NCBI GenBank assembly: GCA_965203465.1
Contig: CBDBCR010000002.1
Span: forward strand, 64,001 to 128,000
DNA: 64,000 bases
Origin: Nitrosopumilaceae archaeon
GTDB lineage: Archaea; Thermoproteota; Nitrososphaeria; Nitrososphaerales; Nitrosopumilaceae
Direction of reading: 5' to 3'
This document shows positions 1 through 9,227 of this stretch, one piece after another. A model generated the notes under the pieces. The model did no database searches, was not told where the DNA came from, and saw only the letters and a program-made list of their open reading frames with translations. A program made the position numbers and the translations under genes. Position 1 is the stretch's first letter. Every line of letters starts with the position of its first letter.

Positions 1-84
1 TACGGAGCATTGGAGAAAGGCAGGACAAGACGCTTGACGAGATACGGAGCATTGGAGAAAGGCAGGACAAGACGCTTGACGTGA
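1..84 (+). repeat. 42-bp tandem repeat, at least 2 copies
   Basis: tacggagcattggagaaaggcaggacaagacgcttgacg(a/t)ga at 1-42 and 43-84 with one mismatch. Confidence 0.9.
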
Positions 85-179
85 TACACGGTCTTGTGAA
101 AAACCAGGCTAGGATGTTGGAAAGGCAGGACGAGACGACCACGGCGGTACGAGACCTTCATCGACGCTTACGCGCATGA
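1..179 (+). CDS. 3' end of a coiled-coil-like protein with a 14-aa tandem repeat (partial, runs off the window)
   Basis: Frame 3 reads RSIGERQDKTLDE-IRSIGERQDKTLDV-IHGLVKNQARMLERQDETTTAVRDLHRRLRA* with TGA at 177-179; not in the ORF track because the start lies outside the window. Confidence 0.6.
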   Translation, partial: RSIGERQDKTLDEIRSIGERQDKTLDVIHGLVKNQARMLERQDETTTAVRDLHRRLRA

Positions 180-278
180 TGGATTTCATGTTCACAAAAC
201 TCGAAAAAGACGTATCCTAGACAAAAGCGCGGTTTGCAAACTAGCGGAGGGCGCGTGCCCGGAAACGGCGTACCGGCG

Positions 279-677
279 CTATTCGAACTCCACCGGTATG
301 GCCTTGCCGTCCCTGTCCCACGCGAATATGTCTTCGTCCTCGTAGGGGGCCTGCACTATCACTGAGGCGAGGCCGAAAAAGTTGTGCAGGTCAGCTATGG
401 ACGGGCGCGCGCTGCCGCGCGGGTGCGAGTGCATGGTGGCCACGTAGCTGCTGTCGAACGGCAGGAACGAGTGGGGGAACCCGGCGAACGTGGTGCCCGT
501 CTCGGCGAACGGTGGTATCACTAGGTCGCGCACGTGCACCTGCCCGTTCTTGTACCTGCCCTTCAGTATCAGTATCGACTCATGAGGGTGGTTCATCTTG
601 CAGTACGTGATTATGCCGTCGCGGGCCTTTTCTGCAATCAATATCTTGCGCTCTTCCTTGCGGCGCCTGAAGAGCAT
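279..677 (-). CDS. JAMM/MPN+ (Mov34) metalloprotease family protein
   Basis: N-terminal Glu (HPHES) plus HSHP-x6-S-x2-D JAMM motif (HSHPRGSARPSIAD); TATA-like AT patch near 699-707. Confidence 0.85.
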   Translation of the reverse strand: MLFRRRKEERKILIAEKARDGIITYCKMNHPHESILILKGRYKNGQVHVRDLVIPPFAETGTTFAGFPHSFLPFDSSYVATMHSHPRGSARPSIADLHNFFGLASVIVQAPYEDEDIFAWDRDGKAIPVEFE

Positions 678-1036
678 GGTGCCGCGCGGCGTTGCACCTA
701 AATATATGTCAGCCCCGCACTACAGTTAACCCAAAAGTTCCTCCGACGAGCGGATAATTTCCGATCGCGAATCGGTCAAAATGAGCAAAACGGCGGCGAT
801 CTCCAAAAGTCGGGCTAGTCCGGTTCCGTACTGATCGCGGCCCGAGCAGGCCGGCGCGCAGTGCCCCCGCCCGTCCCGGGCCGTCTTGTCGGATTCCAGG
901 ATCAGCCGGGCGGCCCGGGTCCGGACTGCAGAAAGAACAGCATCGCCGCCAGCGCCGAGCGCAGCGGGATCACCGGCTCCGGTTCCTGCACGGCGCAGGC
1001 CATGCGGTGCAGCGCGTCTATGACGATCCACACGTT

Positions 1037-1114
1037 AGAAGTCATGCGTAATTACTCTCAGTTTGCGTATCCGTGCCTAGAAAACGCGAACGTGGGCGTT
1101 TACGCATGACTTCT
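1037..1114. mobile_element. 78-bp MITE nested in the IS
   Basis: Perfect 15-bp inverted repeats agaagtcatgcgtaa (1037-1051) and ttacgcatgacttct (1100-1114), flanked by a gtt direct repeat; the related element near 55960 shows the empty site. Confidence 0.85.
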
Positions 1115-2072
1115 GTTGAATAGCATCATCGTCAGCGCCATGTACGGCACCCTCGGGCCGTGGCGGCTGCTGCGCGTCTTGGCCCTGGCGTCTTCTATCT
1201 GCCTGTACCAGGTCTCGATGCACCAGCGCTTGGCGTACTCGGCAACGTCGAGTTCGGGATCGCTGGTAGCGAACGCGATGTATTTTTCCCACGGCTCGTA
1301 CTATTCGTCCTCTTTTTTCTTGCGCTTGGCCCTGCGCTGCACGATGATCATGTCGTACTCGCACTCGTCCTTGGCCGTGCGGGGTGTTGGGGCACGGCAT
1401 GATCCACTTAAGGTCGGCCTTTTGCAGACACGAAATGACGGCCGTGGAGAACCCGCGGTCGAGCGTCAGCACGCCTATCCGGAGGCCGTGGCCGGCGCAT
1501 ATTTCGAGAAGTTTGGAGACTGCCTCTGCGTGCGTCTGGTTCGGCATGTACGGGATCATGCCCACGATGAGCCTCTGGCCGGCCACGACGCACTGGATCG
1601 TGGCGTACGTCTCGTAGAACGCCTTTGTCATACTCTTCTTGTCGCCGCCGCGTATCAGCTCCTTGGGCTTTTTGTCGTACCTCTTGATGCAGTGGAAGTC
1701 GATGGCCATGTCTATCCTGCCCTTCAGCAGGCCGCGCTTTCGGAGCTCCGCCGCCAGTTCTTCGACGAACAGGTCGAGCAGCTCGACTGCCTCCGCCGAG
1801 ACTCCGGCCGTGCGCAGCCACTCGCCTGACGGCACGTCTGCCCGTTGCTTCGCGGCCAGCGCGGCGTGCCTGCGGGCCTCGGACACCGAGGCGACGTTCT
1901 TGCCGCCGGTAGCGGCCAGCACGATGTAGCGGGCAACGTCCCTGGGGCCGTACTTGGCGTTGGGCGCGGCCGAGAACCCCGGGCGGCCCACGGCCTCGGC
2001 GAACTCGCCCATCATCCGTTCATATGTGGGGCGGTCGCCCCTCCGAGCTCGTCCCGGGCGGTTCCTTTTCAT
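1077..2072 (-). pseudogene. DDE transposase (ISH3/IS4-like), frameshifted and interrupted
   Basis: MAIDFH and LTLDRGF acidic motifs in the main frame; the YAKRWCIETWYR (YREK-like) segment lies in another frame after about 1375, with an in-frame stop and a nested MITE further downstream. Confidence 0.8.
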
Positions 2073-2178
2073 GTCCGTTAAGGCGTCGTCCGGGGACGGC
2101 CGTTTTTGGATCTTTCGGTGGGCCCTGCCGGCGATCGATTTTCGTGTCCGATCAGCCTACTTTTGGGTTAACTGAAAG

Positions 2179-2200
2179 TCAAGACGATCGATCGTCTTGA
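2179..2200. repeat. 22-bp perfect palindrome
   Basis: tcaagacgatcgatcgtcttga equals its own reverse complement. Confidence 0.85.
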
Positions 2201-2406
2201 AATTTCAGAATCAATCGTGATCCATCTGCTGTACGGAACCGACTCCGACAGATCCGCTAGAACGGATTGTGGCGGCTGTTCCAAATACCGCCGACGGGGC
2301 GGCGGCAGGAGCGGTCGCTACCGGCGTGTCTTGGTCGGGGAAAACTTCGGAAGCGCGGGGGATGGCTCGTGGCGCCGCCCGTACACTATGCGACGAGATC
2401 GGCATC

Positions 2407-3327
2407 CTAGCGTGCGTTCCAGACGCCGGGGTACCAGGCATCGGCCTGTGCCCGCATCTCGCGTAGCCCGTCGGAGGCCCCCGGCAGGACGACGCCCATC
2501 TCCGAGGCGATCCGAGAACTGTCGAGGCACGCGTACGGCGGGCGCCTCGCAAGCTGCCTCAGAGCCGAGCTCTTGACGGGGATCAGCACGGCCGGATCGT
2601 ACCCGAACGCCTCGGCGGCCTTTGCGGCCAGCGAGTACCTGCTCTCGCACGAGGCGCCGGCAGCGTGGTACAGCCCGCCGCCTGAGCGGGCCACCGAGAG
2701 CAGCGCGCCTGCGAGCGAGTCTGCTAGCGTGGGCGTGACGAACTGATCGTCCACGATGCGCGGGCGGCCCTCGCCGCGCAGCGACTGTAGCACCCAGAGA
2801 ACAAAGCCGTGGTGCCTGCCGGCGCCCGGCTCGCGCAGAACCGACGGGGACAGGCCGTACACCACGCCCGTCCTCACTACGGAATGCCCGCGCGCCAAAA
2901 CCTGCCTTTCCCCCTCGGCCTTTGTGGCGCCGTACGCGTTGAGCGGAGACGGCTCGTCGTTTTCAGAGTACGGCTCCTTCTTCGAGCCGTCAAATACGTA
3001 GTCGGTCGAGATGTGCACGAGCCTGGCCCCGGCATCCGAGCACAACTCGGCCAGCGCGCCGGCGGCTTTTGCGTTGAGAAGCCAGGCCTCGCCCGCGTGC
3101 GACTCGCAATAGTCGACGTTGTGGAGCGCGGCCGTGTTGACCACCGCATCGGGGGACTCGTCTGAGAGGATCTTTTTCACGGCCGCCGCGTCGCGCAGGT
3201 CTGCCCTTACCGTCCTGCACGGGGAGCCTCCCGGAAAGGCGTTGTGCGTGCCGACGGCCTCGGATCCGGCGGCCAGGGCCGTCTTGTACCCGACTAGCCC
3301 GCTCGAGCCTATGACCATGACCTTCAC
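2407..3327 (-). CDS. rmlD: dTDP-4-dehydrorhamnose reductase family SDR
   Basis: GSSGLVG Rossmann motif, HISTDYVFDG, YGATKAEGE (YxxxK), DQFVTPT. Confidence 0.85.
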   Translation of the reverse strand: MKVMVIGSSGLVGYKTALAAGSEAVGTHNAFPGGSPCRTVRADLRDAAAVKKILSDESPDAVVNTAALHNVDYCESHAGEAWLLNAKAAGALAELCSDAGARLVHISTDYVFDGSKKEPYSENDEPSPLNAYGATKAEGERQVLARGHSVVRTGVVYGLSPSVLREPGAGRHHGFVLWVLQSLRGEGRPRIVDDQFVTPTLADSLAGALLSVARSGGGLYHAAGASCESRYSLAAKAAEAFGYDPAVLIPVKSSALRQLARRPPYACLDSSRIASEMGVVLPGASDGLREMRAQADAWYPGVWNAR

Positions 3328-3401
3328 GCCCGGCGGGGCCGGGCGCGCCCGATATAACGTGTGCCGGCAACGCTTAAAGCGGCTCGGTCCGGCATGGCCC
3401 C

Positions 3402-3677
3402 GTGGACAAGATACGCTGCTCGCACATACTGGTCAAAAAGCAGGGCGAGGCGCTGGCCGCGCTGGACCGCCTCGCAAAGGGCGAAAAGTTCGCAAAGCTC
3501 GCGCGCGAGCTCTCGCTGGACTCGGGCAGCGCGCGGCGCGACGGCAGCCTTGGGTATTTCGGGCGCGGCAAGATGGTAAAGCCGTTCGAAGAGGCCGCGT
3601 TCGCGCTCTCCGTCGGCCAGGTCTCGCAGCCTGTAAAGACCGAGTACGGGTACCACGTCATAAAGCGGTTCGCCTAG
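3402..3677 (+). CDS. Parvulin-type peptidyl-prolyl cis-trans isomerase
   Basis: CSHILVK...[20 protein letters not shown]...[10 protein letters not shown]; ttaaa box about 28 nt upstream of the GTG. Confidence 0.95.
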   Translation: MDKIRCSHILVKKQGEALAALDRLAKGEKFAKLARELSLDSGSARRDGSLGYFGRGKMVKPFEEAAFALSVGQVSQPVKTEYGYHVIKRFA

Positions 3678-3689
3678 GCCCGTCCGGAT

Positions 3690-3912
3690 GCGCGGGAAGC
3701 CAGCTGTTTCTTACCGTGGCGCACTGCACGTGTGCGTGTAATCTACGTCTGCTGGGAGCTGCCTGCCCAGATCAACCTCGAGGGGGTCAGGATCTGCCCT
3801 ACATCAAGCACGAGATCGTACCCGGTAGGAATAGTGGCGGCGGCCAAAGGCTAGCGCAAGGCCAGCAGACGCAAATCACACGCATCCGCCCGAACATTGA
3901 ATTTTCCCGCGC
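3690..3912 (-). ncRNA. Candidate structured non-coding RNA, family not recognised
   Basis: On the minus strand 3884-3862 pairs with 3755-3733 over 23 bp with 3 G-U pairs; outer helix 3904-3912/3690-3698; two internal hairpins. Confidence 0.5.
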
Positions 3913-3959
3913 CTTTTCTGTACACGGCACGGCGGCCGCCGAGTACCTTGCCGCTCCGC

Positions 3960-5384
3960 CTAGAGCGTCTGCTGAATGCCGCGCGCCACGCGCTCGCCCA
4001 TGCCCTTCGAGGCGCCCACGCGCCTGTACCCTATCCAGTGGTAGGCCTCGTCCACGGTACCCTCGGCCATTAGCACCACCATCCTGCCGCTGTCCTTCCT
4101 GCCGGTCCTGCCGCGCCGCTGCACGTACCTTATGGAGCTGGGCGTGTTGTCGTAAAAGACCACCAGGCTGACCTCCGAGATATCGAGGCCCTCCTCGCCC
4201 ACGCGCGTGGCCACCATGACGGGGTACTCGCCGTCGCGGAAGCGCCTGACGGCCTCTACCTGCTTTGCCTGCTTGAGGCCCGTCTCGCCGGCCTTGCCTA
4301 TGAGCATACCAGACTCTATGCCGGCCTCGGCGAGCTTTGCGCGTATCGCGTCCACCGAGTCGCGAAAGCTGGAAAAGACCAGCGCCCTGCCCTCCAGGCC
4401 CGAGAGTATCCGGACAAGCTCGGGTATCTTTGGGTGCTCCAGCCCGCCGCGCCGCGCATCGTCGGCCAGCCCCACGGCCCGCGCAAAGTCGGGATCCTCG
4501 AACAGATCCCGGGCGCCCTTTGCGCGCGCCCTCTGGCAGTACTTTGCGAACGCGGTGGTCCCGTGCGCCTCGAGCAGGGCCAGGGCCTGGTGTATCCGTA
4601 TGGCCGAAAAGAGCGGCTTTATGGCGGCCTTGCGCTCCTCTAGCACGCGCGGCCGCATCCTGAGCAGCGACGAGAGGTTGCGCTCGGGCATGACGCCGGC
4701 TGCCCGCATCCGGTCGTACCTCTTGTCCAGCGCCTTCTTGACCGACGCCTGCATGGCGGCCATCTCGGGGGGCAGGCGCACCTTTACTATCTCGGTGCGG
4801 GTCTTGTGGACGTACGGGGCCACGTCGGGGCTGTCGTCCCTCCTCTGCGCCACCGAGGCTATGCGCAGCGTGGTCATTATCTTGGTGGCCTTTTGTATGT
4901 CGCTTGGCAGCGTGGCCGTCATGCCCACCACCCTCACGGAGGGCGGCAGCGCGCCGGCGATGGCGCTGTACGCATAGTCGCCGACGGTGCGGTGCGCCTC
5001 GTCGAATACGGCAAGCGAGAGCTGGCCCAGGTCAAGGATGCCCCTGCCTATGTCGTTGCGGGCTATCTCGGGGGTGGCGCAGACCACGCTGGCGGCCCAC
5101 GCCTTTTCCCGCTTTTTTTCGGGATCCTCGCCGGTCACCAGCGATATGTCCGATATGGTCAGCCTGGAGGACAGGAACTCGTGGTGCTGCCCGGCCAGCA
5201 CCCGCGTGGGGGCCAGAAACAGCGCGCCGCCCTTTTCGAGCATCCTGTCTATGACCAGCAGCGCGACCGCCGTCTTGCCCAGGCCGGTGGGCAGTACCAC
5301 CATGCAGTTTTCCGAGACGGCCTGGGCCGCCATGTCCTGCTGGTACCTGCGGGCCTCGATCGCCCCCTCCTTGAGGAACCGCAC
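3960..5384 (-). CDS. Hef/FANCM(Mph1)-type superfamily 2 helicase without C-terminal nuclease domain
   Basis: ARRYQ, LPTGLGKT, DEAH, GMTAT, GEEGLDI, QRRGRTGR motifs; start refined to GTG 5384 downstream of ttatat. Confidence 0.9.
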   Translation of the reverse strand: MRFLKEGAIEARRYQQDMAAQAVSENCMVVLPTGLGKTAVALLVIDRMLEKGGALFLAPTRVLAGQHHEFLSSRLTISDISLVTGEDPEKKREKAWAASVVCATPEIARNDIGRGILDLGQLSLAVFDEAHRTVGDYAYSAIAGALPPSVRVVGMTATLPSDIQKATKIMTTLRIASVAQRRDDSPDVAPYVHKTRTEIVKVRLPPEMAAMQASVKKALDKRYDRMRAAGVMPERNLSSLLRMRPRVLEERKAAIKPLFSAIRIHQALALLEAHGTTAFAKYCQRARAKGARDLFEDPDFARAVGLADDARRGGLEHPKIPELVRILSGLEGRALVFSSFRDSVDAIRAKLAEAGIESGMLIGKAGETGLKQAKQVEAVRRFRDGEYPVMVATRVGEEGLDISEVSLVVFYDNTPSSIRYVQRRGRTGRKDSGRMVVLMAEGTVDEAYHWIGYRRVGASKGMGERVARGIQQTL

Positions 5385-5459
5385 CGGGAGGGGCCGGCCG
5401 GCGCTGCAATATAAGCGCGGCCCAATCATAATAAAGGGAGGGGGCGTGGGGCCGCCGCA

Positions 5460-5546
5460 ATGAGCCAAGACTTCAAGGCGATAGGGTACGCGCTGATCGG
5501 CCTGACGGCGCTGGCCGCCGGCTGGGCGTTCTACTCGTACACGTGA
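5460..5546 (+). CDS. Small single-pass membrane protein (28 aa), not in ORF track
   Basis: MSQDFKAIGYALIGLTALAAGWAFYSYT*; AT-rich box near 5428-5435; stop overlaps the next ATG (TGATG). Confidence 0.6.
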   Translation: MSQDFKAIGYALIGLTALAAGWAFYSYT

Positions 5547-6055
5547 TGCCCGGCTTCGAGCGTCCCAGCTGGGACGAGTATTTCATGCTGCAGGCCGAGC
5601 TTGCAAAGCTGCGCTCCAACTGCGTCTCGCGCAAGGTCGGCGCGGTCATCGCGCGCGACCACCGGCAGCTGGCCACCGGCTACAACGGCACCCCGCCGGG
5701 CCTGCGCAACTGCTACGAGGGCGGCTGCGAGCGCTGCGCCATGAGGAAGGAGGGCAGGCTGGAGCCGGGCCAGTCCCTCGAGAGGTGCATGTGCACGCAC
5801 GCCGAGGCCAACGCGGTCATGCACTGCGCCATACTCGGCATAGAGGCCGGCAAGGGGGCGGTCATGTACACGACGCTCTCGCCGTGCATCGAGTGCACCA
5901 AACTGGCCCTCACCATAGGGGTGCGCCGCTTCGTCTGCCTCGGCGAGTACCCAGAGTCCTCGCGCGGCATGCTCGACGAGGCCGGCGCGACCCTCGAGGT
6001 GATGGACGGAGGGGCCGTGGCGCGCTGGGCCGCGCAGATATCGGGTGAATACTGA
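5546..6055 (+). CDS. dCMP deaminase
   Basis: RPSWDEYF, TGYNG, HAEANA, SPCIEC zinc-deaminase motifs. Confidence 0.93.
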   Translation: MPGFERPSWDEYFMLQAELAKLRSNCVSRKVGAVIARDHRQLATGYNGTPPGLRNCYEGGCERCAMRKEGRLEPGQSLERCMCTHAEANAVMHCAILGIEAGKGAVMYTTLSPCIECTKLALTIGVRRFVCLGEYPESSRGMLDEAGATLEVMDGGAVARWAAQISGEY

Positions 6056-8535
6056 TGCGCGCGATGCTCGTCTCGGCCGCGTACAACGGGGCCTCGCGCA
6101 GGGCGGTCCTAAAGTTCTACGAGCCCGAATCTGGCAAGATAGTGCTGCGCGAGGACGAGACGGGCCACCTGCCGTACTGCTATTCGCGCCTGCCGCCCTC
6201 GGAGCTGGGCCACGTGGCCGGCAGGGACGACGTCAAGGGGATCGAGGAGGTCGAGCTGCTAGACATGTTCACCGGAAAAAAGGCAAAGATGACCAGGATT
6301 CGCGCGGCCGACCCGCTGGCCATCGGGGGCGCCTCGGAGCGCAGCATACGCAATACCATGGAGACGTGGGAATCGGACATAAAATACTACGAGACGTACC
6401 TGTACGACCGGCAGCTGGTGGTGGGCCGCCACTACGAGCTCGGCGAGGGCTCCATAACGCCCGTCTCGTCGGGCGTGCCGCCCGACGTGCGCGAGCGCCT
6501 CACCTCGCTGGAGCCGGGGGACATGGCCGACAGGGCCGAGTTCGAAGAGTACCTGCAAGAGTGGGCCGGCCTGCTCGGCGAGCCCATACCGGAGCTGCGC
6601 CGCGTGGCCGTAGACATAGAAGTCGAGGCCGAGGAGGGCAAGATACCAGATCCGAAAAAGGCCGAGCGGCGCGTGACCGCCGTCGGCCTCGCGGGCACGG
6701 GCGGATACGCGCGGATACTGGTGCTGAGGTCGGGCGCGCAGGCCGGAAAGCCGGACATGGACCTGGAGCCGGAATTCTACGACGACGAGAAAAAAATGAT
6801 CCTCGACGCCTTCGAGGCCATGGCCTCGTTCGCGTTCGTGCTCACCTACAACGGCGACGAGTTCGACCTGCCCTACATGTACAAGCGGGCGCACAACCTG
6901 GGCGTGCCCGACGAGCAGAACCCGCTGTACATGATGCGCGACTCGGCGACGCTAAAGCACGGCGTCCACATCGACCTGTACCGGACCGTATCGAACAGGT
7001 CGTTCCAGATATACGCGTTCGGCAACGCCTACTCGGATTTCAGCCTCGAGAGCGTCTCGCAGGCGCTGCTGGGCCGCGGCAAACAGGACTACGGGGTGGA
7101 CCTGGGCGAGCTGACGCTGCACCAGACGGCCAACTACTGCTACAACGACGCGCTGCTCACATACGATCTGACCGCCTTCGACGGCTCGCTGCTGATGAAC
7201 CTGCTGGTGGTCATCGCCCGCATAGGGCGCATGCCGGTAGACGACATCGCGCGCCTGGGCGTCTCGCAGTGGATACGCAGCCTCCTGTACTACGAGCACA
7301 GGAGGCGCGGGGCGCTCATACCGCGCCGCGAGGACCTCGAGGGGCACAGCGCGCAGGTCTCCGAGGACGCGGTCATAAAGAACAAAAAGTACCGGGGAGG
7401 GCTGGTGATGGATCCAAAGGAGGGCGTCCACTTTGACGTGACGGTCATGGACTTTGCCAGCCTGTACCCGAGCATCATAAAGGTGCGCAACCTGTCGTAC
7501 GAGACGGTGCGCTGCCCGCATCCGGGGTGCCGCTCCAACGCCATACCGCAGACCGAGCACTGGGTGTGCGCCGAGCGCAACGGCCTGACCGCGGTCCTGA
7601 TAGGATCGCTGCGCGACCTGCGCGTGGGCTACTACAAGAGCCTGGCGCGCGACCCGGGCATACCCGAGCAGCGGCGGCGCCAGTACACCGCCGTCAGCCA
7701 GGCCCTCAAGGTGATACTCAACGCCAGCTACGGCGTGATGGGCGCGGACATCTTCCCGCTGTACTTTCTGCCCGCCGCCGAGGCCACGACGGCCATAGGC
7801 AGGCACACCATACTGGAGACCATACGGGCGTGCGAGGGCGCCGGCATGGAGGTGCTCTACGGCGACACCGATTCGATATTCCTAAAGGGCCCGACGCGCG
7901 AGCAGATGGACTCGCTGGCAGAGACCGCAAAGCGCGAGCACGGCGTGGACCTGGAAGTCGACAAAGAGTACAGGTACGTGGTGCTCAGCAACCGCAAAAA
8001 GAACTACTTTGGTGTCACAAAGTCTGGCAGCGTGGACGTAAAGGGGCTGACCGGCAAAAAATCACACACGCCGCGGTTCATAAAGGCGCTCTTTTACGAC
8101 CTCGTGGGGGTGCTCTCGGGGGTGCAGGACGCCGACGGCTTCGAAAAGGCCCGGGCCGAGGTCAGCTCCCGCATAGCGGCGTGCGCCCTGCGCGTGCAGG
8201 AGCGCGACATACCCGTCGAGGACCTGGCGTACCGGTACACCCTGAGCAAGGATCCGTCAGAGTACCGCAAGACCATACCGCAGCACATACGGGCCGCCAA
8301 GATGCTCGAGCCTGCAAAAAAGCTGGGCAGGGGCGACACGGTGGCGTACATCAAGACGCTGGGCGGCGGGGTCAAGCCGCTCGAGCTGGCAAGGCAGGGC
8401 GACATCGACCCCTCAAAGTACGTGGAGTTCATAGAGTCGACGCTGGAGCAGATAGTCTCGTCGATGGACCTGGACTTTGACACGATACTGGGGAAACCGA
8501 AGCAGTCGGGACTAGACGAGTTCTTTTGGAAGTGA
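6055..8535 (+). CDS. polB: Family B DNA polymerase
   Basis: DIE, YNGDEFD (exonuclease), DFASLYPSII, KVILNASYG, YGDTDS, KKNY motifs; no intein visible. Confidence 0.97.
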   Translation: MRAMLVSAAYNGASRRAVLKFYEPESGKIVLREDETGHLPYCYSRLPPSELGHVAGRDDVKGIEEVELLDMFTGKKAKMTRIRAADPLAIGGASERSIRNTMETWESDIKYYETYLYDRQLVVGRHYELGEGSITPVSSGVPPDVRERLTSLEPGDMADRAEFEEYLQEWAGLLGEPIPELRRVAVDIEVEAEEGKIPDPKKAERRVTAVGLAGTGGYARILVLRSGAQAGKPDMDLEPEFYDDEKKMILDAFEAMASFAFVLTYNGDEFDLPYMYKRAHNLGVPDEQNPLYMMRDSATLKHGVHIDLYRTVSNRSFQIYAFGNAYSDFSLESVSQALLGRGKQDYGVDLGELTLHQTANYCYNDALLTYDLTAFDGSLLMNLLVVIARIGRMPVDDIARLGVSQWIRSLLYYEHRRRGALIPRREDLEGHSAQVSEDAVIKNKKYRGGLVMDPKEGVHFDVTVMDFASLYPSIIKVRNLSYETVRCPHPGCRSNAIPQTEHWVCAERNGLTAVLIGSLRDLRVGYYKSLARDPGIPEQRRRQYTAVSQALKVILNASYGVMGADIFPLYFLPAAEATTAIGRHTILETIRACEGAGMEVLYGDTDSIFLKGPTREQMDSLAETAKREHGVDLEVDKEYRYVVLSNRKKNYFGVTKSGSVDVKGLTGKKSHTPRFIKALFYDLVGVLSGVQDADGFEKARAEVSSRIAACALRVQERDIPVEDLAYRYTLSKDPSEYRKTIPQHIRAAKMLEPAKKLGRGDTVAYIKTLGGGVKPLELARQGDIDPSKYVEFIESTLEQIVSSMDLDFDTILGKPKQSGLDEFFWK

Positions 8536-8567
8536 GGGTTATAAGGGCGCGCCGGCCCCGGCCGCGC

Positions 8568-9227
8568 GTGATAATAGTAAACTGCAAAAACTACGCAGAG
8601 GCATCCGGCCGCCGGCTGGGCTCGATAATGCGCGCGGCCGCCTCTGCAAAAAAGAGGCGCGGCGTGAGGGTGGCCGTGGCCCCGCCGCCGCCGCTGGCCG
8701 CCCTGTGCGCCGGGAAGGGCGCGCCGGTCCTGGCGCAGCACGCCGACTGCGCGCAGCCGGGCGGCACCACCGGGTACGCGGTGCCCGAGATCATGCGCGC
8801 CTGCGGGCTCTGGGGCTCGCTGGTAAACCACAGCGAGCGGCGCGTGCGGCCGGCCGAGATCGAATGCGCGGTCTCGCGCCTGCGCGGCCTGGGCCTGGTC
8901 TCGGTGGTCTGCGCCCGCACCGCGCGCGAGGCGAGGGCCGCCGCGCGCCTCAACCCCGACTACGTGGCCATAGAGCCGCCCGACCTGATAGGCTCGGGCA
9001 GGGCCGTATCGTCCGAGAGGCCGCAGCTGATAGAAGAGGCCGCGCGCGCCGTCTCGTCGGCCCGCACCGGGGCCAGGCTGCTGTGCGGGGCCGGCATCGT
9101 CTCGGGGCGCGACGCCGAAAGGGCTCGCGAGCTGGGCTCGTCGGGCGTGCTGGTAGCGAGCGGCGTGGTCAAGGCAAAGAGCCCCGCGCGCGCGATCGCC
9201 GAGCTGGCATCGGCGCTGTCCGGCTAG
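8568..9227 (+). CDS. tpiA: Triosephosphate isomerase, archaeal type
   Basis: NCKNY, NHSE, AIEPPDLIG, LCGAGI, GVLVAS; ttataa at 8539-8544 supports the GTG at 8568. Confidence 0.93.
   Translation: MIIVNCKNYAEASGRRLGSIMRAAASAKKRRGVRVAVAPPPPLAALCAGKGAPVLAQHADCAQPGGTTGYAVPEIMRACGLWGSLVNHSERRVRPAEIECAVSRLRGLGLVSVVCARTAREARAAARLNPDYVAIEPPDLIGSGRAVSSERPQLIEEAARAVSSARTGARLLCGAGIVSGRDAERARELGSSGVLVASGVVKAKSPARAIAELASALSG

Larger units (their letters stand above)
723..2174 (-). mobile_element. Insertion sequence, ISH3/IS4-superfamily-like, degraded
   Basis: Perfect 16-bp terminal inverted repeats cagttaacccaaaagt (723-738) and acttttgggttaactg (2159-2174) enclose a DDE transposase remnant; no target-site duplication visible. 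Confidence 0.85.

Noticed and set aside
1-84. CRISPR array
   Set aside because: Repeats are contiguous with no spacers and are in frame as a coding repeat; no cas genes in the window.
2211-2650. Short ORFs between the IS and rmlD
   Set aside because: No recognisable motifs, atypical codons and overlap with rmlD.
3690-3912. SRP RNA, RNase P RNA, 5S rRNA or tRNA assignment
   Set aside because: Alu-like hairpins can be drawn on the plus strand, but I found no SRP helix-8, P4, 5S or cloverleaf signatures; left as unassigned ncRNA.
5435-5452. G-rich spacer upstream of the micro-ORF as another contingency tract
   Set aside because: The run is interrupted (gggagggggcgtggggg) with no homopolymer longer than about 5.
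6055-8535. Intein in PolB
   Set aside because: Length is ordinary and the catalytic motifs are contiguous.
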